Positions 54,156 to 62,132 of a stretch of 64,000 bases of DNA are shown piece by piece; the stretch's first letter is position 1, and the number at the start of each line of letters is the position of its first letter. Source of the DNA: Methanomassiliicoccales archaeon (GTDB lineage: Archaea > Thermoplasmatota > Thermoplasmata > Methanomassiliicoccales > JAAEEP01). The position numbers and the translations under genes are program-made. Location of the stretch: the NCBI GenBank assembly GCA_013415695.1, contig JAAEEP010000006.1, positions 21,318 to 85,317 on the forward strand, in the 5' to 3' direction. Below the pieces are notes generated by a model that saw only the letters and a program-made list of their open reading frames with translations, was not told the origin of the DNA and made no database searches.

Positions 54156-54655
54156 TGGCTCAGGGTCCAAGATATAAGGTACCATTCCGTCGACGCCGCG
54201 AGGGTCGCACGGATTATCGATACAGGGCAAGGCTCCTCAGGGCAAGGGTGCCCAGGGCCGTGGTTAGGCTGTCCAACAAACATGCCTCGATCCAATTCAT
54301 CGAATACAACGCAGAAGGCGACAGAGTAATAATCTCAGCCCACTCCAAGGACCTCAAGGACTATGGATGGGAGACGGTGACCAACAACATACCTTCGGCA
54401 TACCTGACAGGCTACCTGGCCGGCAAACGTGCTCTCCAGAAGGGCATCGAGGAGGCTGTCCTGGACATCGGTCTCAAGGTTCCAGCGAAAGGTGCGACAT
54501 GCTTCGCCGCCCTTAGGGGAATGGTGGACGCCGGCATGTACATCCCTCATGGAGAAGAGATCATCCCAGATGAGGATAGACTCAAAGGGGGTCACATCAG
54601 TGAGGAGCTGAAGAACCAGGTAGATAAGATCAAAGAAGAGATGGAGGGTGAGTGA
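54155..54655 (+). CDS. rpl18: Ribosomal protein uL18
   Basis: Sequence and order. Confidence 0.95.
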   Translation: MAQGPRYKVPFRRRREGRTDYRYRARLLRARVPRAVVRLSNKHASIQFIEYNAEGDRVIISAHSKDLKDYGWETVTNNIPSAYLTGYLAGKRALQKGIEEAVLDIGLKVPAKGATCFAALRGMVDAGMYIPHGEEIIPDEDRLKGGHISEELKNQVDKIKEEMEGE

Positions 54656-54656
54656 A

Positions 54657-55358
54657 ATGGAATGGAACCCTAAAACCAGGCTGGGGAAGAAAGTGCTCGA
54701 CGGTGAGGTAACCACTATGAGCGATGTCCTGGCCACCAAGCTCCCCCTAAGGGAGCCCGAGATAGTGGACATCCTGCTGCCCGAGATGGCCGATGAGGTC
54801 ATAGATCTCAACATGGTACAGAGGATGACCGACTCCGGTAGGAGGGTGAAGTTCGGGGTCACCTGCGCCGTGGGCAACGGTGATGGTTTCGTCGGCATCG
54901 GGCGCGCCAAAGGGAAGGAGGTCGGGCCCTCCATCAGGAAGGGTATCGACAACGCTAAGCTGAACATCATAGAGATCAAGAGGGGCTGTGGCTCATGGGA
55001 ATGCGGGTGTGGAACCCCACACACCCTGCCTTTCGAGGTCAGGGGAAAGGCCGGTTCCGTGGAGGTCATTCTAAGACCAGCACCCCGGGGTATCGGGCTC
55101 GCGGTAGGCGACGTTTCCAAGAGCATTCTTACCCTGGCCGGTATCAAGGATGCATGGGGATTCGCAAAGGGCCACACCAAGACCACTGTGAACTACGCTC
55201 TGGCCACATTCGATGCCCTCATCAAGACATCAGAGATCAGGGTCAGCGATGCCCAAGCGAAGCGCCTCAGAATAATCAGCGGTCCGACCATGGTCCACAT
55301 AGCGGAGCAGCAGTTCACCGAAGAGGCGGCCGATGATGCCGCTGCAAAGGAAGAGTGA
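54657..55358 (+). CDS. rps5: Ribosomal protein uS5
   Basis: Sequence and order. ATG 54657 after GGAGGGTGA (GTG 54648 is an alternative). Confidence 0.95.
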   Translation: MEWNPKTRLGKKVLDGEVTTMSDVLATKLPLREPEIVDILLPEMADEVIDLNMVQRMTDSGRRVKFGVTCAVGNGDGFVGIGRAKGKEVGPSIRKGIDNAKLNIIEIKRGCGSWECGCGTPHTLPFEVRGKAGSVEVILRPAPRGIGLAVGDVSKSILTLAGIKDAWGFAKGHTKTTVNYALATFDALIKTSEIRVSDAQAKRLRIISGPTMVHIAEQQFTEEAADDAAAKEE

Positions 55359-55363
55359 GGGAA

Positions 55364-55828
55364 ATGGCGTACGCAGTCATTAGAATTCGCGGCACGGTCA
55401 ATGTGAACCGCAAGATCGAGGATACCATGAATATGCTCAACCTTACTCGGGTGAACCACTGCGTCATCTTGCCGGAAAACAACATAATGAAGGGCATGCT
55501 TGACAAGGCCAAGGATTACATCACCTGGGGAGAGGTCAGCGAGCAGAACCTCGCCCGCCTAATTAAGTTCAAAGGTAGGCTGATGGGCGACAAGCCCATC
55601 GATGACAACTACATCATAGAGAACTCGGAGTTCACTTCGATAATGTCCCTTTCAAAGGGCATTTCGAACAATGAGTTCAGTTACAAGGACCTTAAGAACG
55701 TGAAGCCCGTTTTCAGGCTCAGTCCTCCCCGGAAGGGGTACGAAGGAATCAAACGCTCCTTCCGTAACGGTGGAGCGCTGGGATACCGCGGGGAGGACAT
55801 CAACGACCTCTTGGAGAGGATGTTGTAG
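55364..55828 (+). CDS. rpl30: Ribosomal protein uL30
   Basis: MAYAVIRIRGTVNV.. (GTG 55355 is an alternative). Confidence 0.9.
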   Translation: MAYAVIRIRGTVNVNRKIEDTMNMLNLTRVNHCVILPENNIMKGMLDKAKDYITWGEVSEQNLARLIKFKGRLMGDKPIDDNYIIENSEFTSIMSLSKGISNNEFSYKDLKNVKPVFRLSPPRKGYEGIKRSFRNGGALGYRGEDINDLLERML

Positions 55829-55840
55829 GAGGGACCACAG

Positions 55841-56269
55841 ATGCCAAGTAGAACAAAGAAGCTCAGAGGTAGTCGCACCCACGGCCGCGGTAAGAAGGCC
55901 GGTAGAGGAGCCGGTAAAAGAGGCGGTCGCGGTAACGCTGGATTGTGGAAACACAAAAAAATGAGCATTTATAAATACAACCCTGAGCATTTCGGCAGAC
56001 GAGGTTTCAAGCGGCCCCAGAAGGTCGTTTCCGCCAAGATAACAATGAATGTGGGGTATCTCGAGGAGAACCTCGAGTCCCTGAAGAGGGATGGGTTTGC
56101 GACCGAGAAGAGTGGCATGACGACAATTGACCTTACCAAAATGGGCGTCGATAAGCTCCTCGGATTCGGCAGAGTGGGAACACCGCTGCAAATCGTTGTC
56201 CCTGAGACCTCCGAGCGCGCGAGGAACAAGGTAGAGGAAGCGGGCGGAACGATCATGGAGCCACAGTGA
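55841..56269 (+). CDS. rpl15: Ribosomal protein uL15
   Basis: KKLRGSRTHGRGKKAGRGAGKRGGRGNAG. Confidence 0.95.
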   Translation: MPSRTKKLRGSRTHGRGKKAGRGAGKRGGRGNAGLWKHKKMSIYKYNPEHFGRRGFKRPQKVVSAKITMNVGYLEENLESLKRDGFATEKSGMTTIDLTKMGVDKLLGFGRVGTPLQIVVPETSERARNKVEEAGGTIMEPQ

Positions 56270-56285
56270 CTACTCTGTGATTCCC

Positions 56286-57854
56286 ATGGCTACCGAGGAA
56301 AAAAGTCTGCTTTACAGGTTGAAACCCATTACTGACAGGTTACCCGCCGTCAGCAGGCCTGAGGGCCACGTGCACTTCAGGTCCAAGATGATGTGGGTAG
56401 TCCTGATCCTCGTTTTCTATTTCGTCATGACGAATGTCTTCCTATACGGTCTGGATCAGCAACAGACCGTTGACCTCTTTGCCCAGTACCGAGCCATACT
56501 GGCAGGGGCGCAGGGGTCCTTGATGCACCTGGGCATAGGCCCGATCGTCACCGCATCGATTATCATGCAGCTCTTCGTCGGAGCGAAGATCATCAAGCTC
56601 GATCTGAACGATGACGATGACAAGGCGGTGTATCAGAGCAGCCAGAAATTCCTAGTGATCGTGATGATCGTCGTGGAGGCAGCTCCCCAGGTGTTCGGTT
56701 ACCTGGTGCCATCCGAGGCTTTCATTGGAAATCTGGATGGAGTATTCGGAGCTACGGGAATATTAAACGGCCTAAATATGGCCAGATTGATAATCGTACT
56801 TCAACTATTCATAGGATCATACTTAGTCTTCTTGATGGATGAGGTTGTATCCAAATGGGGTATAGGTAGCGGTATATCGCTGTTCATCGCGGCCGGTGTA
56901 GCGCAAGCGATATTCACTGGAACTCTTAACTGGCAGGCGGTCGATGGTACCCTCCCGATCAGTCTGGACAACCCACCTTCGGGAACGCTCCCAAAGACCG
57001 TCTTCATCATGCAGAACATGTCCGCATCGGAGATGGCCAGCGGGGGCTATGAGCAAATATTGCTTTCGAATCCAAATCCAATGATAGCTCTAGTGGGAAC
57101 TATAGCAATATTCTTGTTCGTCGCCTATGCTGAAAGTTCCCGTATAGAACTTCCATTGGCCCATGGTTCGGCAAGGGGCGCACGTGGAAGATACCCCATC
57201 AAGCTCATCTACGCGTCGAACATACCCGTCATCCTGATGGCCGCTCTGCTGGCTAACATCTCGATGATCACCCTGATCCTCTACAATAGCGGTGTACCCC
57301 TGATTGGTAACAACCCCCTATTGGGTTATTATCCGCCGGGTACCAGCCAAGCGGCTGGAGGTTTAGCGTGGTATCTCAGCGCACCTATGGGTCTAGGCGA
57401 ATGGTTGCTTCCCATGCTAGATCCAACGAGATATGGATATCTGGTCTACGACCATAGTCCATTGCAGACGGGAATTCGGGTGACAACTTACTTCACCATC
57501 ATGGTACTCGGTTCGGTAATGTTCGCGAAATTCTGGATCAATACGACCAATATGGGACCAGACGCAGTCGCGAGACAGATCGAGAGCAGCGGTCTCCAGA
57601 TACCTGGATTCAGAAGGGATCCGAGGGTATTGAGAAGGGTTCTCCAACGATACATACCAGTGGTAACTGTACTCAGCGGTGCGATAGTGGGAGCTCTGGC
57701 AGCAGGCGCAGACCTCATCGGAACTGTCGGAAATGCGTCCGGTACAGGTGTACTGCTAGCTGTAGGAATATTGATACAGTTCTACGAGGCTATGGGTAGG
57801 GAACAGATGATGGAAATGCACCCGGTCTTGAGGCAGTTCTTCGGAGGTGAGTAG
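56286..57854 (+). CDS. secY: Preprotein translocase subunit SecY
   Basis: 10-TM layout, ..GIGPIVTASIIMQL.. and conserved position. GTG 56277 is an alternative. Confidence 0.95.
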   Translation: MATEEKSLLYRLKPITDRLPAVSRPEGHVHFRSKMMWVVLILVFYFVMTNVFLYGLDQQQTVDLFAQYRAILAGAQGSLMHLGIGPIVTASIIMQLFVGAKIIKLDLNDDDDKAVYQSSQKFLVIVMIVVEAAPQVFGYLVPSEAFIGNLDGVFGATGILNGLNMARLIIVLQLFIGSYLVFLMDEVVSKWGIGSGISLFIAAGVAQAIFTGTLNWQAVDGTLPISLDNPPSGTLPKTVFIMQNMSASEMASGGYEQILLSNPNPMIALVGTIAIFLFVAYAESSRIELPLAHGSARGARGRYPIKLIYASNIPVILMAALLANISMITLILYNSGVPLIGNNPLLGYYPPGTSQAAGGLAWYLSAPMGLGEWLLPMLDPTRYGYLVYDHSPLQTGIRVTTYFTIMVLGSVMFAKFWINTTNMGPDAVARQIESSGLQIPGFRRDPRVLRRVLQRYIPVVTVLSGAIVGALAAGADLIGTVGNASGTGVLLAVGILIQFYEAMGREQMMEMHPVLRQFFGGE

Positions 57855-57856
57855 CG

Positions 57857-58501
57857 ATGCCTAGTGAATCCCAACAGGCGATGAGCTGGTCAAGGATGGC
57901 AACGATATTCGTTCTCATACTTGCAGTCTTTATCCTCTTCGACCAGAACCTGAGGAATGGATTAGGGCAATTGGTGGGTTACGGCCTAGAACCCCTAGTA
58001 GGATTCGGGGGCGCATATCCCGTCGTCACCCTTTTCCTGACTGGCATGATCATGACATCGATCACCATCATCGTCAGGCACTTCTTCACGGATTATGTGG
58101 ACCAGATTAGGAGCCAGAAGATCGTATCAGCGTTCAACAAGGATCTTCGAGAGGCAAGGATGGAGAACAACACCTACAAGATCAAGAAGCTCACGGAGAT
58201 GCAGCAGGACATCCTGCAGAAGTCGATGAAGGCATCTACTGCCCAGCTGAAACTCCTGCCCATCACCATGATTGTCATCATACCCATCTTCGCCTGGCTG
58301 GCGGTGTTCATGGGACAGGTCCCTAACACCATCATATCCGTTCCGTGGGCACTCAATGTCAATCTCATAGACACGATATTACTACCCATTTGGGTAATAC
58401 TGTACTCGCTAATCAGCGTTCCTTTCGGCCAGATACTGATGCGTTCACTCCGCTTCTTCGAGTTCCGGAAGCGCCTCAGAGAGCTGGAAGCTGGTGAATA
58501 A
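57857..58501 (+). CDS. DUF106/EMC3-like membrane protein (archaeal Oxa1/YidC-superfamily insertase candidate)
   Basis: Three TM segments with a central coiled-coil (KIVSAFNKDLREARMENN..LTEMQQDILQKSMK). The usual archaeal position next to secY/cmk. Confidence 0.7.
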   Translation: MPSESQQAMSWSRMATIFVLILAVFILFDQNLRNGLGQLVGYGLEPLVGFGGAYPVVTLFLTGMIMTSITIIVRHFFTDYVDQIRSQKIVSAFNKDLREARMENNTYKIKKLTEMQQDILQKSMKASTAQLKLLPITMIVIIPIFAWLAVFMGQVPNTIISVPWALNVNLIDTILLPIWVILYSLISVPFGQILMRSLRFFEFRKRLRELEAGE

Positions 58502-59028
58502 TGAGAATAACCATAAGCGGACCCCCGGGCTCCGGTAAGACCACGGTGTGCCGACGACTCTCGGAAATGCTTTCCATAGAGTGCGTAATATCCGGAGAGG
58601 TATTCAGGCAGATGGCGAAGAACCACGACCTGAGCTTGGCGGAGTTCGGTGAGCTAGCGAAGAACGACCCCTCCTACGATCGAATGCTCGACGATAGAAT
58701 GCTGGAGATCGCCAGGAAGAATGATACAATAATTCTTGAGGGACGCCTGACCGCTTACATGCTGACACGGAACGGGCTTGAGGCCTTCAAGATTTACCTC
58801 GATGCCGACATACAGGAGAGGGCCAGCAGGATATCGAAAAGGGAGGAAATTCCCATGAAAATCGCCCTTGAGCGCATAAAGGAGCGTGAAAGGTGCGAGG
58901 CTGCCAGATACTTGGAGTACTACGGCATAGATATCTCTGACCAATCGGTCTACGACCTGGTTTTGGATACAACCAACATCCCGGCGGAGAAGGTCGCGGA
59001 CCTCATCCTGGACAAGGTGACCCCATGA
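58501..59028 (+). CDS. cmk: Cytidylate kinase (archaeal type)
   Basis: MRITISGPPGSGKTT..; TAATG overlap with the upstream gene. Confidence 0.85.
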   Translation: MRITISGPPGSGKTTVCRRLSEMLSIECVISGEVFRQMAKNHDLSLAEFGELAKNDPSYDRMLDDRMLEIARKNDTIILEGRLTAYMLTRNGLEAFKIYLDADIQERASRISKREEIPMKIALERIKERERCEAARYLEYYGIDISDQSVYDLVLDTTNIPAEKVADLILDKVTP

Positions 59029-59981
59029 CCAAGATGCTGGTACGTGAAAAAACACCTATGTCCTTCAAGTGGGGGAAGGAACCCTCCAAGAGGAGTCTGG
59101 AAGAACTCCTCCAAGCCTCGGTCATCAATCTTGACAAACCTCAGGGACCAACCTCTCATCAGGTATCCGCCTGGGTAAGGGATATCTTCGACATCAGCAA
59201 GGTAGGCCACGGCGGCACGCTTGACCCCAAGGTGAGCGGGGTCCTGCCCATTGCCCTAGGGAAGGCGACCCGCGCCATGGACCTTGTTCTGCAATCCGAT
59301 AAGGAGTACGTGTGCGTGATGCGCCTCCACCGTGACGCGGATGAGGAGAAGGTTCGATCGGTGATAGACACCTTCGTCGGGGAGATCTACCAAATGCCCC
59401 CTGTCAGGGCAGCTGTGAAACGCCAGCTGAGGACCCGGAGGGTGCACTTCATTGACGTCCTCGAGATCGAAGGCAGGGATGTCCTTTTCCGGGTAGGGAC
59501 TGATGCGGGAACCTACATCCGCACCCTGTGTGTAGACATTGGGGAGGCTCTTGGCATAGGGGCACACATGGAGGACCTCCGTAGAGCGCGATCAGGTTCC
59601 ATGATCGAGGACCACTCCGTGACACTTCAGGACATCAAGGACGCTCATGTCTTCTGGAAGGAGGATGGTGATGAGCGCCCTCTGAGGGGAATGCTCATGC
59701 CATGGGAGGTCCTTCTGGAGCCCATTCCCAAGATCACGCTGAAAGGTACTGCCGTCGACGCCATATGTCACGGCGCGGACCTCGCCGCGGTGGGAGTCCA
59801 AGAGGTCGAATCCACCGTGGAGAAGAAGCAGCTGGTCGCCCTTCTAACGGACAAGGGGGAGGGTGTTGCTTTGGCTATAGCCGAGATGACTGCTCAACAG
59901 ATGGTTGATGCCGAAGAGGGGCTGGCCGCTCGAACCAACCGAGTGTTCATGGATCCGGGCACATACCCAAAGATGTGGTGA
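59025..59981 (+). CDS. cbf5: H/ACA RNP pseudouridine synthase Cbf5 (TruB family, with PUA domain)
   Basis: ..NLDKPQGPTSHQV.., GHGGTLDPKVSGVLPI, and a PUA-like C-terminal domain. Confidence 0.9.
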   Translation: MTKMLVREKTPMSFKWGKEPSKRSLEELLQASVINLDKPQGPTSHQVSAWVRDIFDISKVGHGGTLDPKVSGVLPIALGKATRAMDLVLQSDKEYVCVMRLHRDADEEKVRSVIDTFVGEIYQMPPVRAAVKRQLRTRRVHFIDVLEIEGRDVLFRVGTDAGTYIRTLCVDIGEALGIGAHMEDLRRARSGSMIEDHSVTLQDIKDAHVFWKEDGDERPLRGMLMPWEVLLEPIPKITLKGTAVDAICHGADLAAVGVQEVESTVEKKQLVALLTDKGEGVALAIAEMTAQQMVDAEEGLAARTNRVFMDPGTYPKMW

Positions 59982-61019
59982 TTAGAATTCTAGTAGGGAC
60001 CGCTGGTCCTTTGCCAGGGGATAGGAATCGATACTCAGCCTGGTTTGGATTTGAGATGCAAGATCTCTCTCGAAGCCATGATGAGTATACACCACGGAAG
60101 GCTCGCATTTTTCAGTGAACCACAGAAGGTCGTTGAAATCGGCATGGTCTGAAAGTATGAATGCCTCGTCCACGCCCATCCTTTGCCTGAACGAGGAATC
60201 AACGGCCCACCCCGAAATCGAGATGGTGAGCATACCCTTCTTGCGCAGGTTCTCGATGAAGCTCGCCCTTCTTACCCCCGTGGGGCATATCATTAGGAAC
60301 GGCTCCTCCATTCTTCTAAGATCAAATGGCCGATAGGAGAACTCCACTCCGACATCCTCTATCAGCTGGGTCATGAGCAGTGAGGATCCGTAGAGATAGG
60401 GATCCATATCCTTGAACAGCATGAGCATCTCCTGGGACTTGCCCAGGGGATATGCAAGAACCGCAACTGACCTTCCTGAGGCGAGCTTGTCCTCGACCCA
60501 GTCCAATATGGTCCGCTCCATCTCCTCCCTTGGGGGAAAGATGTAGCGCGGCAGCCCAAAGGTGGATTCCAGGATCAGGATATCGGTCTTGACGGGCTTC
60601 GCCCCCATCAATCCCAGACGATCCCTGGAACACATATCTCCGGTGTAAAGGACCCTCTGTTCGCCCTCGAACAGGAACATGTTCGACCCGAGTATATGAC
60701 CGGAGTCCAGTACCTTGACCTGGGGATGTTCCTTGATCTTCAGTTTCCGCTTGAGCCGGTCCTGAGCACATCTTTGGGTAATGGGAGAGCATATCACTTC
60801 ATCACCCAGCATCTTACTGGGCAGGTGATCGAAGTGAGCGTGGGATATGCAGTAGATCCCGCTGTGACCTATGTCGACGGGGTCGAAGTAGCATTTCACC
60901 TCTCCTAGGAGTTCAACGCCGTTCCCAAGTCGAACATTCGGACCCTCCACCATGCGCACCCCATATTGCCCCATGGCTATATTTGACTTGACCCGAACTC
61001 GGTTGATTTGCCCGCCCAT
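59982..61019 (-). CDS. Beta-CASP family metallo-beta-lactamase-fold nuclease (short form)
   Basis: HAHFDH, SGHILGS, YTGDM, ESTFG, SDHAD and YTHHG motifs in canonical order. The start is uncertain (61019, 60974 or 60953). Confidence 0.8.
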   Translation of the reverse strand: MGGQINRVRVKSNIAMGQYGVRMVEGPNVRLGNGVELLGEVKCYFDPVDIGHSGIYCISHAHFDHLPSKMLGDEVICSPITQRCAQDRLKRKLKIKEHPQVKVLDSGHILGSNMFLFEGEQRVLYTGDMCSRDRLGLMGAKPVKTDILILESTFGLPRYIFPPREEMERTILDWVEDKLASGRSVAVLAYPLGKSQEMLMLFKDMDPYLYGSSLLMTQLIEDVGVEFSYRPFDLRRMEEPFLMICPTGVRRASFIENLRKKGMLTISISGWAVDSSFRQRMGVDEAFILSDHADFNDLLWFTEKCEPSVVYTHHGFERDLASQIQTRLSIDSYPLAKDQRSLLEF

Positions 61020-61153
61020 TCAATGGAAATGGAATCGAGGGATCCAGGCTTGCTGGTTCGAGCGGGATGGCACCCATCCTGACACTTTCGGGCATCTCTC
61101 ACGCTCATTCTTTTTAGAATAGCTTGAGGTAGTGAAGTTCAGAGGAAGATGAG

Positions 61154-61885
61154 ATGTTCACCGTCCACGAGAACCTGTCATCACTGGGTACAGTCGAGGG
61201 CGAGATGTACCTTCCCCCCGAGCGCAGGGTGCGGACATCACTGCCCGCGATCGACTCCTTCTTTCCTGGGTTCAGATCATCCCAGATCGCCCTGATAGAC
61301 AGCTCGGACAAGTTCCTCTTTGATCTCACCCACCTCCTCTGCGTAAACGCCATCAGTGACCTGGGGGAGGAGGTAGTGTGGGTGGACGGGGGAAACTCCA
61401 TCAATCCCTACGAAATCGCCTCCCTTTGCAGGAGATTCCGCCTGGACATGAGAGAGACCCTGGACAGCGTCAACATCGCCCGGGCATTCACCGCTTACCA
61501 GATGACCTCTCTCATCGTGGACAAGCTGGAGAGAGAGGTGGAGCGCACGAGAAGCGGCACGGTGATCGTCTCCTGCTTCACCGACCTGTTCCACGACAAG
61601 GACATGTGGTGGTCGGAATCGTTCCAGCTCATCAAACGCTGCCTCTCATCCCTGAGGGAGATGACCGAAAGACATTCGTTGGTGACCATAGTGACCAACT
61701 ACGGCCTCACTAAGATCGGTCACAAGCGGAGCCTTAGCACCTTGATGGAGGAGAGCGCCGACTCCATACTGCGCATCGAGAATAGAAAAAGGGTGCTGGA
61801 GCTGTCCCTGGTGAAGGAGGGGAGGATAATGCTCTACCACCCCGTGCCCTACTATCAGACCACGCTTGACGAGTTCCTGAGGTGA
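61154..61885 (+). CDS. RecA/RadB-superfamily-like protein with degenerate Walker A and B motifs
   Basis: Collinear with RadB. TSLPAIDSFFPGF aligns to the dimer/N-cap. IALIDSSDKFLFDL sits where GxxGxGKT should be. VVWVDGGNSINPYEI aligns to VxYIDTEGxFxPER. GTVIVSCFTDLF sits where hhhhDS should be. Confidence 0.6.
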   Translation: MFTVHENLSSLGTVEGEMYLPPERRVRTSLPAIDSFFPGFRSSQIALIDSSDKFLFDLTHLLCVNAISDLGEEVVWVDGGNSINPYEIASLCRRFRLDMRETLDSVNIARAFTAYQMTSLIVDKLEREVERTRSGTVIVSCFTDLFHDKDMWWSESFQLIKRCLSSLREMTERHSLVTIVTNYGLTKIGHKRSLSTLMEESADSILRIENRKRVLELSLVKEGRIMLYHPVPYYQTTLDEFLR

Positions 61886-61889
61886 TGTA

Positions 61890-62132
61890 ATGGGCAGGAC
61901 AGTTCCCACCTATCGCAGGACGCTAGAATCCATAATTCGAGAGTGGGGAGATTTTCGAAGAGCCTTGGACCGTGAGGACAGAGAAGCCTTCGATAAGGTA
62001 ATGGCGAGGGCTAGAAAGCACTCGTCCGCTTCCTCCTACGCCGCGCTCTGCGATCCCCTGGAGGCGGTGCTGTTGTCCATCCTTCTGGAGCAGGAGAAGG
62101 AGATCGAGTCCCTGAGGAAGGGGAACGAATGA
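61890..62132 (+). CDS. Unrecognised 80-aa predicted helical protein
   Basis: ORF sandwiched between neighbours: 4 nt after the upstream gene, and an ATGA overlap with the polB-like gene. Confidence 0.5.
   Translation: MGRTVPTYRRTLESIIREWGDFRRALDREDREAFDKVMARARKHSSASSYAALCDPLEAVLLSILLEQEKEIESLRKGNE

Noticed and set aside
57857-58501. Absence of adenylate kinase between secY and cmk
   Set aside because: Gene-order variation in this part of the cluster is common. adk may simply be encoded elsewhere.
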